A stretch of DNA of 64,000 bases, taken from positions 27,528,001 to 27,592,000 of the forward strand of contig JAQFVV010000002.1 in the NCBI GenBank assembly GCA_028023455.1, written 5' to 3'. This document shows positions 41,762 to 53,860 of the stretch, piece by piece (the first letter of the stretch is position 1; each line of letters opens with the position of its first letter). The stretch comes from Epiperipatus broadwayi (lineage: Eukaryota; Animalia; Onychophora). The notes under the pieces are model-generated. The model searched no databases. It was not told the DNA's origin and saw only the letters and a list, made by a program, of their open reading frames with translations. The position numbers and the translations under genes are program-made.

Positions 41762-43048
41762 GGTCTATGGTTGTTTGCCCTCTATTATTTAAAATTTAAA
41801 CTAAATTGCTTGAGAATCTGACATGTATCTTATTATATTACAAATAACTTAAAATTTAATCAAATGTAAAAGATAATAATAAAAAAAAAAACCTATTGAA
41901 TGTTGGATTAATTACACGACATTAATTAAAAAAACATTTACCTTTTTAAATATAATTACGTCCTATACAGACTAGGAAGTTGGAGACTGCTGATGTTATT
42001 GTACGCAGCCCAGCCATCTGAAATAATGTGCGTACACTGTCTACAACTTAAGAATTTAAAATAACTACATTTATAGCACATGTTGCAAAAAAAAGACACC
42101 TTATGTGTTCAACGGCGCGAATTACACGCATGTGTACAGTTTTATAGTTACAAAAGATGTCTGCTACATGCTTAGTACCTGATAGTGAAATTTTAAGCGT
42201 TGCTACTATTCTGGCAGAAGAATGGAATATGCGTGGATTTGATGACAATGGGGAACCATTAATCGTCGAAATAGACGAAACCTACTATTTCCACCGAAAA
42301 TATCACAGGGGGGCTATACGGACAGGTCATTGGGTGTTTGGCGGCATAGAGAGAGAGCATCAAGCAAGTGCTTCTTGATAGAAGTGGCAGACAGGACGGC
42401 TGATACACTGGAGGGCCTGATACAGTGGGTCATTTTACCAGGTAAGCACATTATTTTAGATGGCTGGGCTGCGTACAATAACATCAGCAGTCTCAACAAT
42501 GGTGTGTATTTGCATTCGGTTGTCGTCCATCAGGAAAACTTCGTGGATCCCGAAGACCGAGACACACACAGCCAGAATATTGAAAACATGTGGATGAGAG
42601 CAAAGTAAGCTGAAATTCCAATGTGGCATTAGCAGAGCTTTGTTTTCATCGTACCTGCACGAATTGCCCTCCGGAGTAGATACAGCAATACCGCTTTTTT
42701 CTCCAACTTCCTAGTCTAGGACGTAATTATATTTAAAAAGGTAAATGTTTTTTTTATTATCTTTTACATTTGAATAAATTTTCATGTAATTGTAAGACAG
42801 TAGCATATACTTTTTTATTTTAAATTCTTAAGTTGTAGACAGTTTAAAATCTTAACTTTCAAAGAAATTAAAAGTAATTATTTTAATTAATGTCGTGTAA
42901 TTAATCCAACATTCAAAAGGTTTTTTTTTTATTATTATCTTTTACATTTGATTAAATTTTAATTTATTTGTAATATAATAACATACATGTCAGATTCTCA
43001 AGCAATTTACTTTAAATTTTAAACAATAGAGGGCAAACAACCATAGAC
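41762..43048 (+). mobile_element. Merlin (IS1595/ISXO2-like DDE) DNA transposon
   Basis: Long TIRs starting GGTCTATGG: left about 41762-41985, right split into 42701-42755 and 42887-43048. Encloses a transposase remnant. No TSD recognised. Confidence 0.85.
42157..42700 (+). pseudogene. Merlin/ISXO2-like transposase pseudogene
   Basis: VEIDETYYFHRKYHRG...GHWVFGGIER, then a frameshift at the (AG)n run near 42350, then KCFLIEVADRTADTL...PGKHIILDGWAAY...HSVVVHQENFVDP..THSQNIENMW. Stop at 42606-42608. Confidence 0.9.
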
Positions 43049-45337
43049 AGATAATTTACATTTTATAATTGAAATACTACATCATATGATATAATCTCCA
43101 TAGAAACAGCAAACAAAGTCTTAGTGTTACCATCCAAATCATTAATTTTTGCTAACAAAAAAGAGAAAATCCTCTGTTAACTATTAGATCTTATATATAA
43201 TAAGAAATTCAAACATCACCAACTTGCAAAAGAGAAATTAATTATATTTCAAATATTCATAATAATAATGTAATTTTATTGGTTATTTTATTTACTAAGA
43301 TGGAACTATTAAATATTCATTTTTAATAACTTTGGCAAAGACCAAATCACAAATTAAATGCAAACAAATAATAACTTATGGTCTATATACTGTATTTGAA
43401 ATAAATATCAAACCACATGAAGTAATCTCCATAAAAAACAATAAGACAAAATATTCGCAAATGCTAATGTCCAGATCTTTATTTTTTCATCAACAAAGAC
43501 CCTCTTCAGTGATGTATTAGATTTTATGTATAATAATATAACATCAACAATTTGTGAGAATGAAATTAATTATATTTAAAATATTTACGATGATAACATA
43601 ATTTTAGCATTACTTTATTATTATGAATATATGAAATACAATTAATTTCATTGTCACAAATTACTGATGTCTGAATTTGTTAATATAAATAAAATATAAT
43701 AACTAATGAAAGAGGATTTTTTTGTTGACAAAAAAGAATGGTTAGAGCATTAACACCATATTGTTATTTTGAAGATTGTATCATATACTTGGTATTTATT
43801 ACAAATATATTAAGCTGTAATTATTATTTAAACACATAATAATTTATTTATGTTCTCTATATATTTTGTTCCCAAATATTTTTTGTAGATGAGTATTTGC
43901 AATACTAAAATGCATCTATAATAAAAAACAGATAAGATACCTCATTGGAGATATAAAATTGTTTCACATATTTTATAGTAAGAAAATAATATATAATTAA
44001 CTTTGCCAAGTTTATATAAAAACTATATCACAACCATTAAAACAGAAACACTAAAAATATTATCATATGGAAAAGTTAATAGCAAATATCTCAAGAAGAT
44101 AACAATTTCAAGATCAAAATGGACTGATTTTTACAACAGCAACAAAAAATACTTACAATATATTCAAATTCAATTGTATTATTTATAAGACATTTTTTTT
44201 GTGTATCTAACATAATTTCCAACAGTAAATAAATTATAAAAAAAACCATAACTATCATTATGTATCAATGAAAAAAATCACTATTTACAGGATTATTAAA
44301 ACATAAGTCAAGATATTAAGAATATAATAAAATCATATATTTATACATTTACTTTTAATTAAAAGTAGAAATTCTGATTAAGTAATCAAATAAAATAGGG
44401 ATTTTTTTTTTTTCACGCAGGAATTCATAACTGAAAAATGAGTGAACAGTTTTTAAATATCAGGCTTCTAACTTTCAATTATTTCATGATAAACAGAATT
44501 CAGCAATTTTGTGGTTTAATTAATAGGTTTGAAAATTTTTCAAACAGATTGTTAGTACATTACTTTAACAAACTTCAATAAAATTCACAACATCTATAAT
44601 ACTTCAATGATGAAATGGCTATCAAATGTGTTAATCATGAACCTGTCTGTATTTTACTGTTTTTATAATTGATTTCATAATTGAAATATTCTTACCAGAA
44701 ATATACGAGTGACAATCACATTGATGTTCATAATCCACATCTTATCCATGCTAAATTTAATGCTGCCATTATTTCATTGAAAGGCCATATATAATTTCAT
44801 CCATAATGAATTTGACTCTACTTTCCTATTACAATAAACTTTCCACCTTACCAGAAAGAATTTGATTATAAATCTGATAGTGCTTAGTATATTAAAGCAA
44901 TTTTTTTTTTTTAAAAAAAAAATCCACTTCTTTAGAGCACTAAGTTTAAAAAGTTATTCCAGCAAATAATAAAAAAAGACTTTATATCTTATTGCAATGC
45001 TAACAACATTAATTTATATGAAAAGTATGAACATTAACAAGAAGCTATCCAAAATGTCAATTCTGAAAACTCAGAAATGGAATCTCCCCAATCTTGTATT
45101 TCAAGATTAGTACTTTTATATTAAAATAATGAATAGTAATTAAATAAGATGTGCATATACACATATTAACTTATATAATCCATGTTATTTAGTAATAAAC
45201 ATATATGTACATAGTAATTTAATAATATTTTATGCACACATATATCCTTATATCCACATATACAAAATGATTATTTTTATCATACAATGGGTCTAATGTT
45301 ATGGGTTATATTTATTTAAACAACATTTTAATGAACA

Positions 45338-45388
45338 ACAACAACAACAACATCATTATCATCATCATCATAATAATAATAATAATAA
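45338..45388. repeat. Compound trinucleotide microsatellite (CAA)n(CAT)n(AAT)n
   Basis: Directly visible. Confidence 0.85.
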
Positions 45389-46569
45389 AAAATTTGCAGC
45401 ATGTACTAAATATTGTATTGATCTATTTACTTATTTAGATATAATATACAAAAATATAATAAATATTTATGCAATGTATATTTTTCAGGCAAATATATAT
45501 AAGAACACTCATACAGATATATAAATGAGAGCAAAAAAAAAAGTTTGTTATTAATTGAAAAAAAAAAACATTTTAAACAAGCTAAACTATAAATGTCCAT
45601 TTCATAGTTTTTTCCATTACAGCTGACATTAATAGATAACTGTTCTCATGGCAAATGAACATAGTTGAACTGTTCGTTAACATAGTCAATGCTGTGAGTT
45701 TCCTGCTTAAATTTAAGACTAAAAACAAAAGTAATCTTTCTTTTTAGATGCTTCAGAGTTCTTAAATGAGAAATAAGTTAGGTTTTCTCAAGATCAGAAT
45801 AAAAAATCTATTTATAAACTTGTGCAAATAAGTAAATGTACATTTTTTTTTTAAATATATGTATTCCTCCATAGAATAAGAAATAAATTATAGTTGTCAT
45901 ATACTAAAAGGGTGCAAAATTGATAACCAAGATGACAACAGCCAAAAACTTGAAAATAGATTTTAAAATTATTAGATTAGGCTGTCATTCAATAATAATC
46001 TTTTACTTGGCTAATTATAATTGTAGTATGCTAGAAAACCAATTAATATAAATAACAAATTTCATGAAGTTAGAAGAAAAAGTAAAGAGATTACTTAAAT
46101 AATAGATATAACTTCATTACAAAGGCACAAATATTGGAAATATATATTAAAATTGAAAACTGACTCAAAGATAGAAGTGTTGTGGATAAAGGTAATATGA
46201 AGATAGAATTGTACTGCATTTTGATTAATAACGATATGTATTTCAAGAGTAATGAGCCTATTCATCATAGGAATTTCACATCAATTAATGAGATGTAATG
46301 TACATATTAATGTAAAAGTAGAGATATAAATTATTAAAGTCAACAGTACCAATAAAAGTTTATATTCTTCATCTCCAGAAATCCTTTAATGAATTTAATT
46401 AAAACTTATAAAACATTTAACTATATAATAGACATTTGTTACATCATCATTTCCTATGCTTAAGCCACTAAACATCACGTAATCACTACTGTATGACACT
46501 ATTTTTAATAGACTTTTGAAGATGGCCGCACTTGATGAGATAAATAACTACTGAATAGAATAAGTTTCA

Positions 46570-47760
46570 AAAATATAAAACATTGGTATTAAGAAAAAAA
46601 TTATTTCAGCAATAAGAAAAGATGGTACTATTACTAAAAAGAAGGCTGATATAAGAAATATAAAAGAATTTGACAAAAGCAACATAATAATAAAAAATAA
46701 AAAAAGTGAAGGAATCTTTATAAGTTCAACATTTTTAAAATGAAAAATATTTTAAATAAAATTATGAGACATGCAATTAATCTAAGGTCTTCAAGATAAT
46801 AGAATCATTATGAATTTTAAAAGAATAAAATAAAAAAAAATTTTTTTTTAGCAAAAGTTTGTTTCAAATGTCTAATAAAGAAAGATGAAAAACAAGATAT
46901 TTTATCATTTCCTATTAGTTCCTTAAAAAATATTATTATTAAAAATCATTTACTGAGAACAAGCATACCAAAAGAAACAGCTGAATTTTAAAAAAGTTGT
47001 AGCAAAGTAAATCATATCCAAGTATTAAAAAAACAACTTATAATTAACAATTAATAAGAATGGCTTATCATTTTGCATAGGATTTATAGATATTATGACA
47101 AAGCACTTGACTCTATAATCCTTTTTTCTGTGATCAGTTTTGAAAGTTCACGAAATAGACTCAGAATATTGGTAAACTCTATGAAAAATATCAAACTCTA
47201 TGAAAAATATCAAAGTGCAAAAGCAATGATTATATTACTTTTTGACACCGAGAAGATTAATATTACTCAGGGTGTATAAAAAGATCCATTCCTCCAACAC
47301 TTTTCACAACGATTTTATAAAAAGGCAGAGAAAATAAAAATAAATGGAGATTATTAGAAATTAACAAATATAAAGATCTTGGACACTGTTAAAAACAAAA
47401 TACGCCATGTTAATAACTGTATGCTACTAATAATTATTAACGGATTTGACATTTAATAGAATAGTAATATAGAAAATGGAAATTGTATTGCGAAGTATGA
47501 AGTATGTATGCTGGGATTAACGAAGAGGCATTGAAAGTGAAATACATGGATGAAAAATCAATAGATAGTAATAATTACAATGAAAGAATTAAGTTAGAAC
47601 AAAGTTGGGTTGGACATGCTACTAAAAAAAAAAGATAATTGATAGAGAACTGAAAACTTAAACTGGATCCTAAGATCAGTGAATAAAATAAAAAAAAACT
47701 TGCTGGAATGATATGAAAATAATAGGTAAGGATAGAAAAATTGGATTAAATTTAAAATAC
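46570..47760 (+). mobile_element. Highly decayed RTE-type LINE, same family as 29040-31228
   Basis: 46580-46680 resembles 29590-29690. gagacatgcaattaa is shared, and a gggttggacatgct (WxGH) remnant is present. Confidence 0.55.
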
Positions 47761-49129
47761 TTTCACCATATGATACGGACTGATAAAGATAAAAAATAAC
47801 ATATAGAAACAATGAAACACAAATGTACAGTAATTATAATCAACTAAATACATATGAAAACATAGAAAGCATAAAGTGAATTCTAATTTAATGTAAATAA
47901 ATAAATGGCCAATCACATTCTTCTGATATTTTATTCTAATTGCGCTTTTATTGATAAGAAATATACATTTCTTATAAGCTAATAATTTATAACTTTTTAA
48001 ATAAGTGGACAGTCTTCATTGATAATGATTGATTATATTAGAGAAAAAAAAGTAAGATAATGGGAATAAATAAAAAAACAGGGTTTATAGTATAATAAAA
48101 CTAAGTTCTTATTTTTACATATTTGCCTATTTAAAGTGTATAATTAAATTTTTCTTAAACATTTAATTATTATAAAGGAATATATATGTATATTAAAAAG
48201 ACAAAAATTTATAACGATCTCTGGAGCAGCAGCTAAACTATAAAGAGAATCATTATATAATAAAAATAGTAACTTTCTATTTGATCTAATTTATATTCCA
48301 TCACCCTCTTTTATTATTTTCTGTCAGTGAAGCTGTGGAAATTTTTTTCATGAAGCTTCGCAATTCCTAAATCATGACCACCATTTTTATTGCTCATAAT
48401 GAACCCATATACTTTGCATAGGAGAAGCAAGTAAGATAGTGAGCAACAAAACAACAATAACAACAACTATCCATCAAAATGATTTATAATCAACATATCT
48501 GTCAAGTAAGATTTCTTTCATGACAATAATGTTTGCTAACATAAACAAAAAACAAACAAACAGCCATGCCTTAGAGTAGAGATGGACAACCTACGACTAT
48601 GCTAAATATAATATATATTAGGAAATAAATGTGGTACAAAGAGTTCAGACAAAAAATTTATGATAAAAAATTGAATAGTCTGTAAATGAACGTTAAAACT
48701 TTTCTAATCTTGAAATGTCTAATTTTGCAAATAAGTTTTAACTTTTAAAAATGATTTCTTACAATGCCAAGATGTGCTTCTTTCATCCTTATAAACCTAG
48801 TAGTTTTCTTCTTAATAAAAATTATTTTCATCCATAAAATTGATAAAAATAAAATGGGGTCATTCCGGTTTTTTTTTTTTTCAAATTTAAAAATACTCTC
48901 CTGTTTTAATTAACAAACTTAACTCCTGTATATTAAAAGTCTAATAAAAGCAAAATAGATTCAGAAATCTTATTAAAGAAAGAATATTTAAATTCTTTCG
49001 ATAATACATTATTATGTTATGAAAGGAAAATAAATACTATTATTTAGCTAAATTATCGTATATATTTAAAAAATAAACAGCTGCTCAAAAATGAGTATGG
49101 CCAGTCCAATTCCAAAAAAGAAAAAAAAG

Positions 49130-50400
49130 AGGACGAGAGAGAAAAAAAACTACTCTAAAAATAACTTTCGCTGCGACTACACACACCAATCTGTGAATCA
49201 CAAATATTCTTACATACAGAACAGTCCATTTTTCTGATTACTTCCCCAGCAGAAAAGTTTTCTTTCTGGAATACTCCAATATATTCTACTCTCTGCTATA
49301 TCTTACAATAAAAACGATATTCTTTAGAATGTCTTAGAGATAATCCTTATAATGTAGATGGATTATCCTACAAAATCCTTGTTCAAGTTCGCCATAAATC
49401 ATCCTTTTAGGAAGTTGTCCATTTGTTTTATATGTACAATCAAACCCAAGATGTGATTTTACAATAGAGAACTCAATAATATCACATCCTGCACACTGAA
49501 GAACGTATTGATTACTTTTATGATCTTGCTATTATATTTTTAAAATTTTATGGAGCATCTTTAAACGAAACTTTTCTAACGACTTTATATTATGCTGATA
49601 GGGTCCAAGTTTCACATCGATACAATAAATTAGGTAAAATAATAGGTTTATATATAGGTATTTCCCTATGATGAAATAATCTTATCTTTCAACTTGTTAA
49701 AAGTAGCAGCAGCACATTGAAGTCCAAGTCCATTTTTCTATTTATAAAACTACCAATGTATTTAAACTGGTTTACATTTTCAAGTTGATAACCTTCCAAG
49801 ATGGAAGTTGCTGAGGATTTTCCTTCCATCACTGACTGATAAAGAACTTGAGTTTTTTGTATATTAATTAATAAATATAAATTTTTAGAAGTTGCATTCA
49901 AAACAGCACAAACATCAATAAATTGTAAATCCAGAATCTGATAATGAAGTTCTTGTTTTTAACCAATTTGAATAAAAAATTCCATCATCAAACCTGTATC
50001 GTATCTTGATTACTATCTGATTAAGCTATCTATAAAATCCAAAAACTACTGTCATAAAAATAAAAAGCATTATTGGAGCAAGGACCCATCCATTTTTTTT
50101 TTTTCTGTTTCTGATGCCTCAGATTTTCTACCTGTAGTAGTAATATTTCTTATCACTCTATCATGTATAAGCTCTAAAATACAGAAAAAATTTGGGTTGA
50201 TAATCTACCAATTTCAAACAATACCATTGACCTGTCCTATTAACTGAATCAAATACCTTGATCAAATCAACAAAACCAATAAATAACTAAATCCTTTGTT
50301 CCAGACACTTTTCTTGCATTTGCCCGGCAACAAAAATCATACCTATAGTGTTTCTTGATTTCCTGAAACCAAAATATGTGTCTAGTATCCATCAATCTAT
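49130..50400 (-). mobile_element. Decayed RTE/BovB-like LINE, different subfamily
   Basis: Minus strand GFRKSRNTIGMIFVAGQMQEKCLEQ, FVDLIKVFDSVNR, INIQKTQVL, FKYIGS and CETWTL. Confidence 0.85.
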
Positions 50401-50788
50401 AATTGAATGCAATCTATACAACAAAATTCTTGAAAGTACTTTTGATTTAATGGATGAAAATAAACTAAAAGTGAATAGTAGTGCAAATATTTTATGATAC
50501 AGACTACAAATCATTGATCACCATTGACTTAGATAAGTAATCATTTATTTAAAATGCAAAACATATTTTACAATATATACCATTTTGTTTGTACATTTTA
50601 TCTACTTCAATATATTTAGCTTCACCAATCACTCTTGCTCATTTCTTTAGAAATCAATTTGTTTTTATTGGGATGCAATGCAATTCAATTTACATATAAC
50701 GTTCGTGCATTTTTAGCTTTTTTATTTTATTAACTAAGTTAGCCAGATTATATTTATATAACTACAATAGTAGAAACAAACAATAACA

Positions 50789-51249
50789 ATAAACAATGAG
50801 GATTGCCAATTCCTCAACAAGCTTTGTGATAAATGCTTAGCCAGAGCCAGCATTTAAAATATCTGTCAGGACCTCCCCCCTCAAACCCCTGACCAGGGTT
50901 TCGTGCTTTGGCACTCCTCAGAGAGGTGCCAGGGTAAGTTCAGGCACTAGATCTAAAAATACCAACCCAAAGCCGAGCACGTATCTAAAAGTTATCTATT
51001 GAGCGGAAAATCTGAAATTTTCAAACACCTACATGTCTTCAAACCCAGATATCCAACTCAATAGCTATATGGGGCTGATAGATCTTCAGCCATACCATGG
51101 TCAGGGCTTGGGGGGGAGGGTTCCTGACAGAAATATTTTAAATGCTGGCTCTGGCTAAGCATTTATCACAAGATTTGTTGAGGAATTGGCAATCCTCATT
51201 GTTTATAACTTACAAGCTTAAGAGAATAGGGTTATGTGATCTATGACTT
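50789..51249. mobile_element. Hammerhead-bearing PLE-like insertion with inverted arms
   Basis: About 105-bp inverted repeat, 50791-50895 vs 51094-51204. Right arm has an extra 45-nt tail. The reverse complement of 50951-51097 resembles 21650-21790. Confidence 0.75.
50886..50926 (-). ncRNA. Minimal type I hammerhead ribozyme, intact core
   Basis: Minus strand reads cctct-CTGAGGA-gtgc caaa gcac-GAAA-ccct-GGTC-agggg. Stem I cctct/agggg, 4-bp stem II, short stem III and a GUC cleavage triplet. Confidence 0.85.
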
Positions 51250-53735
51250 ATTTTTTAAACAATAATGTAAAGTTTGAATATACTATAATTTAATAAGTTA
51301 TAATGGCATACATGATAGTTAGCAAATTGCTATGACTTTTGAATAAGTTAGTAAATATTAACATGATGTGATAAATATCCAAGAAGAATTTTTCTATCCA
51401 GATAAAATAAGAAATACTTCCACTAAATGACTTTTTAAAAAAAAACAAAACAATAACAACAAGCATTTACTATAGGACTGAATGATGAATATATTATTAA
51501 GTAAAAGTTTTAAATATAACACATTAAATCAATTTTAAAAATTGGGAAAAAAAATCACAGTAAATTTTTTTACTGACATCATGCTAAAAATTAAGAATAG
51601 CATAATTTTGAAATCAAGTCTAAACTAAACAAACAAAACAATATTGCAATGTGAAGTAAAATTAAGCAGTTGAAAGATAATAATATACAAGTACATACTC
51701 TCTGCAATTTAATTACTAACAAAATGTCAGCTTAATTACAAAAAAAAAAAAAATCATAGAAAGTCTTTTTACAAAAAGATGGAAAAAGGGACAGCATTTT
51801 TTTGTTAAATAATAAAAAAATAAATTATTCAATAAATTTATTACTAATACACTGAAAATAAATGCGTTACGGTGAAATTTTTATATGTAATAATTTGTAG
51901 GCTTTTTTATATCTATTCTATTTTTTTTTCCAGACTTAGCGCTTTCAGAGCCCTTGTAGCTCCATATTCATAGTCCTTATAGAATATATATATATATAAC
52001 AAAATCACTTTTATCCATTTAATTAAGAAGATAAACATTAATAATAAAAAAAAACCCAGCCAGATATAATTGTATAGCATGCAAGATTTCATATTTGTAC
52101 TTGATATAAAATTATTCTCTCACTTTAGTTCATTTTTTTTTTTTTTTAGTCTTGTGATTTAGCAATATAAGATTTGATCAGATCATAACTTCAATTGAAA
52201 TCTCGTGTTAATACAATATATTAATTTAAAAAAAAATAGCAAAATAAATACGCTTCAAACTGCAGCTACTTATTACCTATTTTATTTTATAATAAACCAA
52301 TATACTGGTTCAAACAGATAGTTCAATCAATGCTGTATTAAAAATATTATATAATAAATCCAAATTTCCTATGCATTGTTTCCTTCTAAAGATATATATT
52401 GTAACCATATATTTTAGTATAAAATATAATAATTGACGTAACTAGTATAAAAATTTCTCTTTCTTCTTTTGGTGATTTGATTGGCTTGAGTTGCACTTTG
52501 AACAGATTACTCTCTTATATTATTTTAATAAATTTAAATTTGCTTCTTCCCATACACTAACTCATATCAAAATGTTTAACTTTTTAAAAATTTGACAACA
52601 CATTAAAATTTGGTAAAATAGTATTAAAAATAATATTTTATTTTTATTTGTTTAAAATGATCTTAAAAAAATTATTTCTATTGAATTAACAAAAAAACCA
52701 TTTGTTCAATTAAAATTAATTATTAAAAATAAATACAGTAATTACGTATGCGTCTCAATGTAAAAAAAGAAAAGAGCGCGAATTTAAGAGAAGATCGTCT
52801 GATAGTTTGCTTTTGGAGGGAGAAGAAAAAGAAAAGAAAATGGTAAAAGGCAAATGGTGTAAATTTGATAAGCTTTTTTTTAAATAGTTAACAAGTAAAC
52901 GGATTACCACAAAGTTTGCTATAAACGTAAAAATAACCTAGTGGTATTTAATTATAAGATGAATTGCTAAATTTAAAAGTCTGTTCAAGTCGGCTGGCCA
53001 AGTGGATCGAATCACCGGTAATAATTTTCCAATATTACATTTAAAATGTCGGAGCTTCCCAGTTTAAAAGAATTAATTGCAAGAGTTTGGTATGTTTTAA
53101 AATGTTTATTATTCTACAATTTGGAAAAATTAAATAAGTATTTTAATTACAGAAGTTTTATGAATATGAAAATTTGCTTTTTAAAAAAGAAGTTTAAATT
53201 AAAGTAAAATGTTAAAGTTATCAACATAGTTTAATATTTCCGTTTCTAATTCTAATAAAAATATAGTATTGATTGATATTTAACTTTACAATGCCAATAA
53301 TATATTTGCTAGTTAATTTGTTGAACATTTGGATAATAAACAGTCTTCAAATAATTAATCAAAGCTATTTTCTAATTTTATCGTCAATTTGGAATGATTA
53401 AACTATTAAACTAATTGCTATAATTAGTATTCCTAGATTTAAGCGTGGATAAATAAATATTAGCATGGATGTGATAAACTTGGAACGGTTTTAATAGAGA
53501 AATGTAGAAATTAATAACTTATGAAAAAACATTTTCATTTAAGTTCTGCGTGTCATGTTTTGAAATTGTTTCATGTTTATGGAGCCACGTAAAATCGTTA
53601 ATCTAATAGTGCTTATAATAACTAACACAAATGGATAAAATTACATGTATGGAATTCAACTATGGTTGTAGCTATTACTTCGTATATTTATTGTTCGACA
53701 CATCGTACATGGATTTCACGGATCATATTTGAAGT

Positions 53736-53860
53736 TATAAAATGCTATACAATCCAATTTGTGATACACACACCTGCTAAAATTCATGTATTGAACTATA
53801 AAATGCTATACATTTAATTTATATCACACACACACCGTTAGATTTTATGTATTTGATGAA
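53736..53860. repeat. 61-nt diverged tandem duplication
   Basis: tataaaatgctataca at 53736 and 53797, each followed by an acacacacc tract. Confidence 0.75.

Larger units (their letters stand above)
41520..43640. repeat. Degenerate 300-330 bp tandem repeat (about 3 copies) interrupted by the Merlin element
   Basis: Landmarks recur: gaaat..a.atca..tg at 41547, 43071 and 43378; caacttgcaa-like at 41671, 43220 and 43547; aaatatt at 41703, 43250 and 43579. Confidence 0.55.

Noticed and set aside
50778-51265. aaacaataa on both sides of the 50.8-kb element as a TSD
   Set aside because: It is short, AT-rich and offset from the element ends, so it may be chance.
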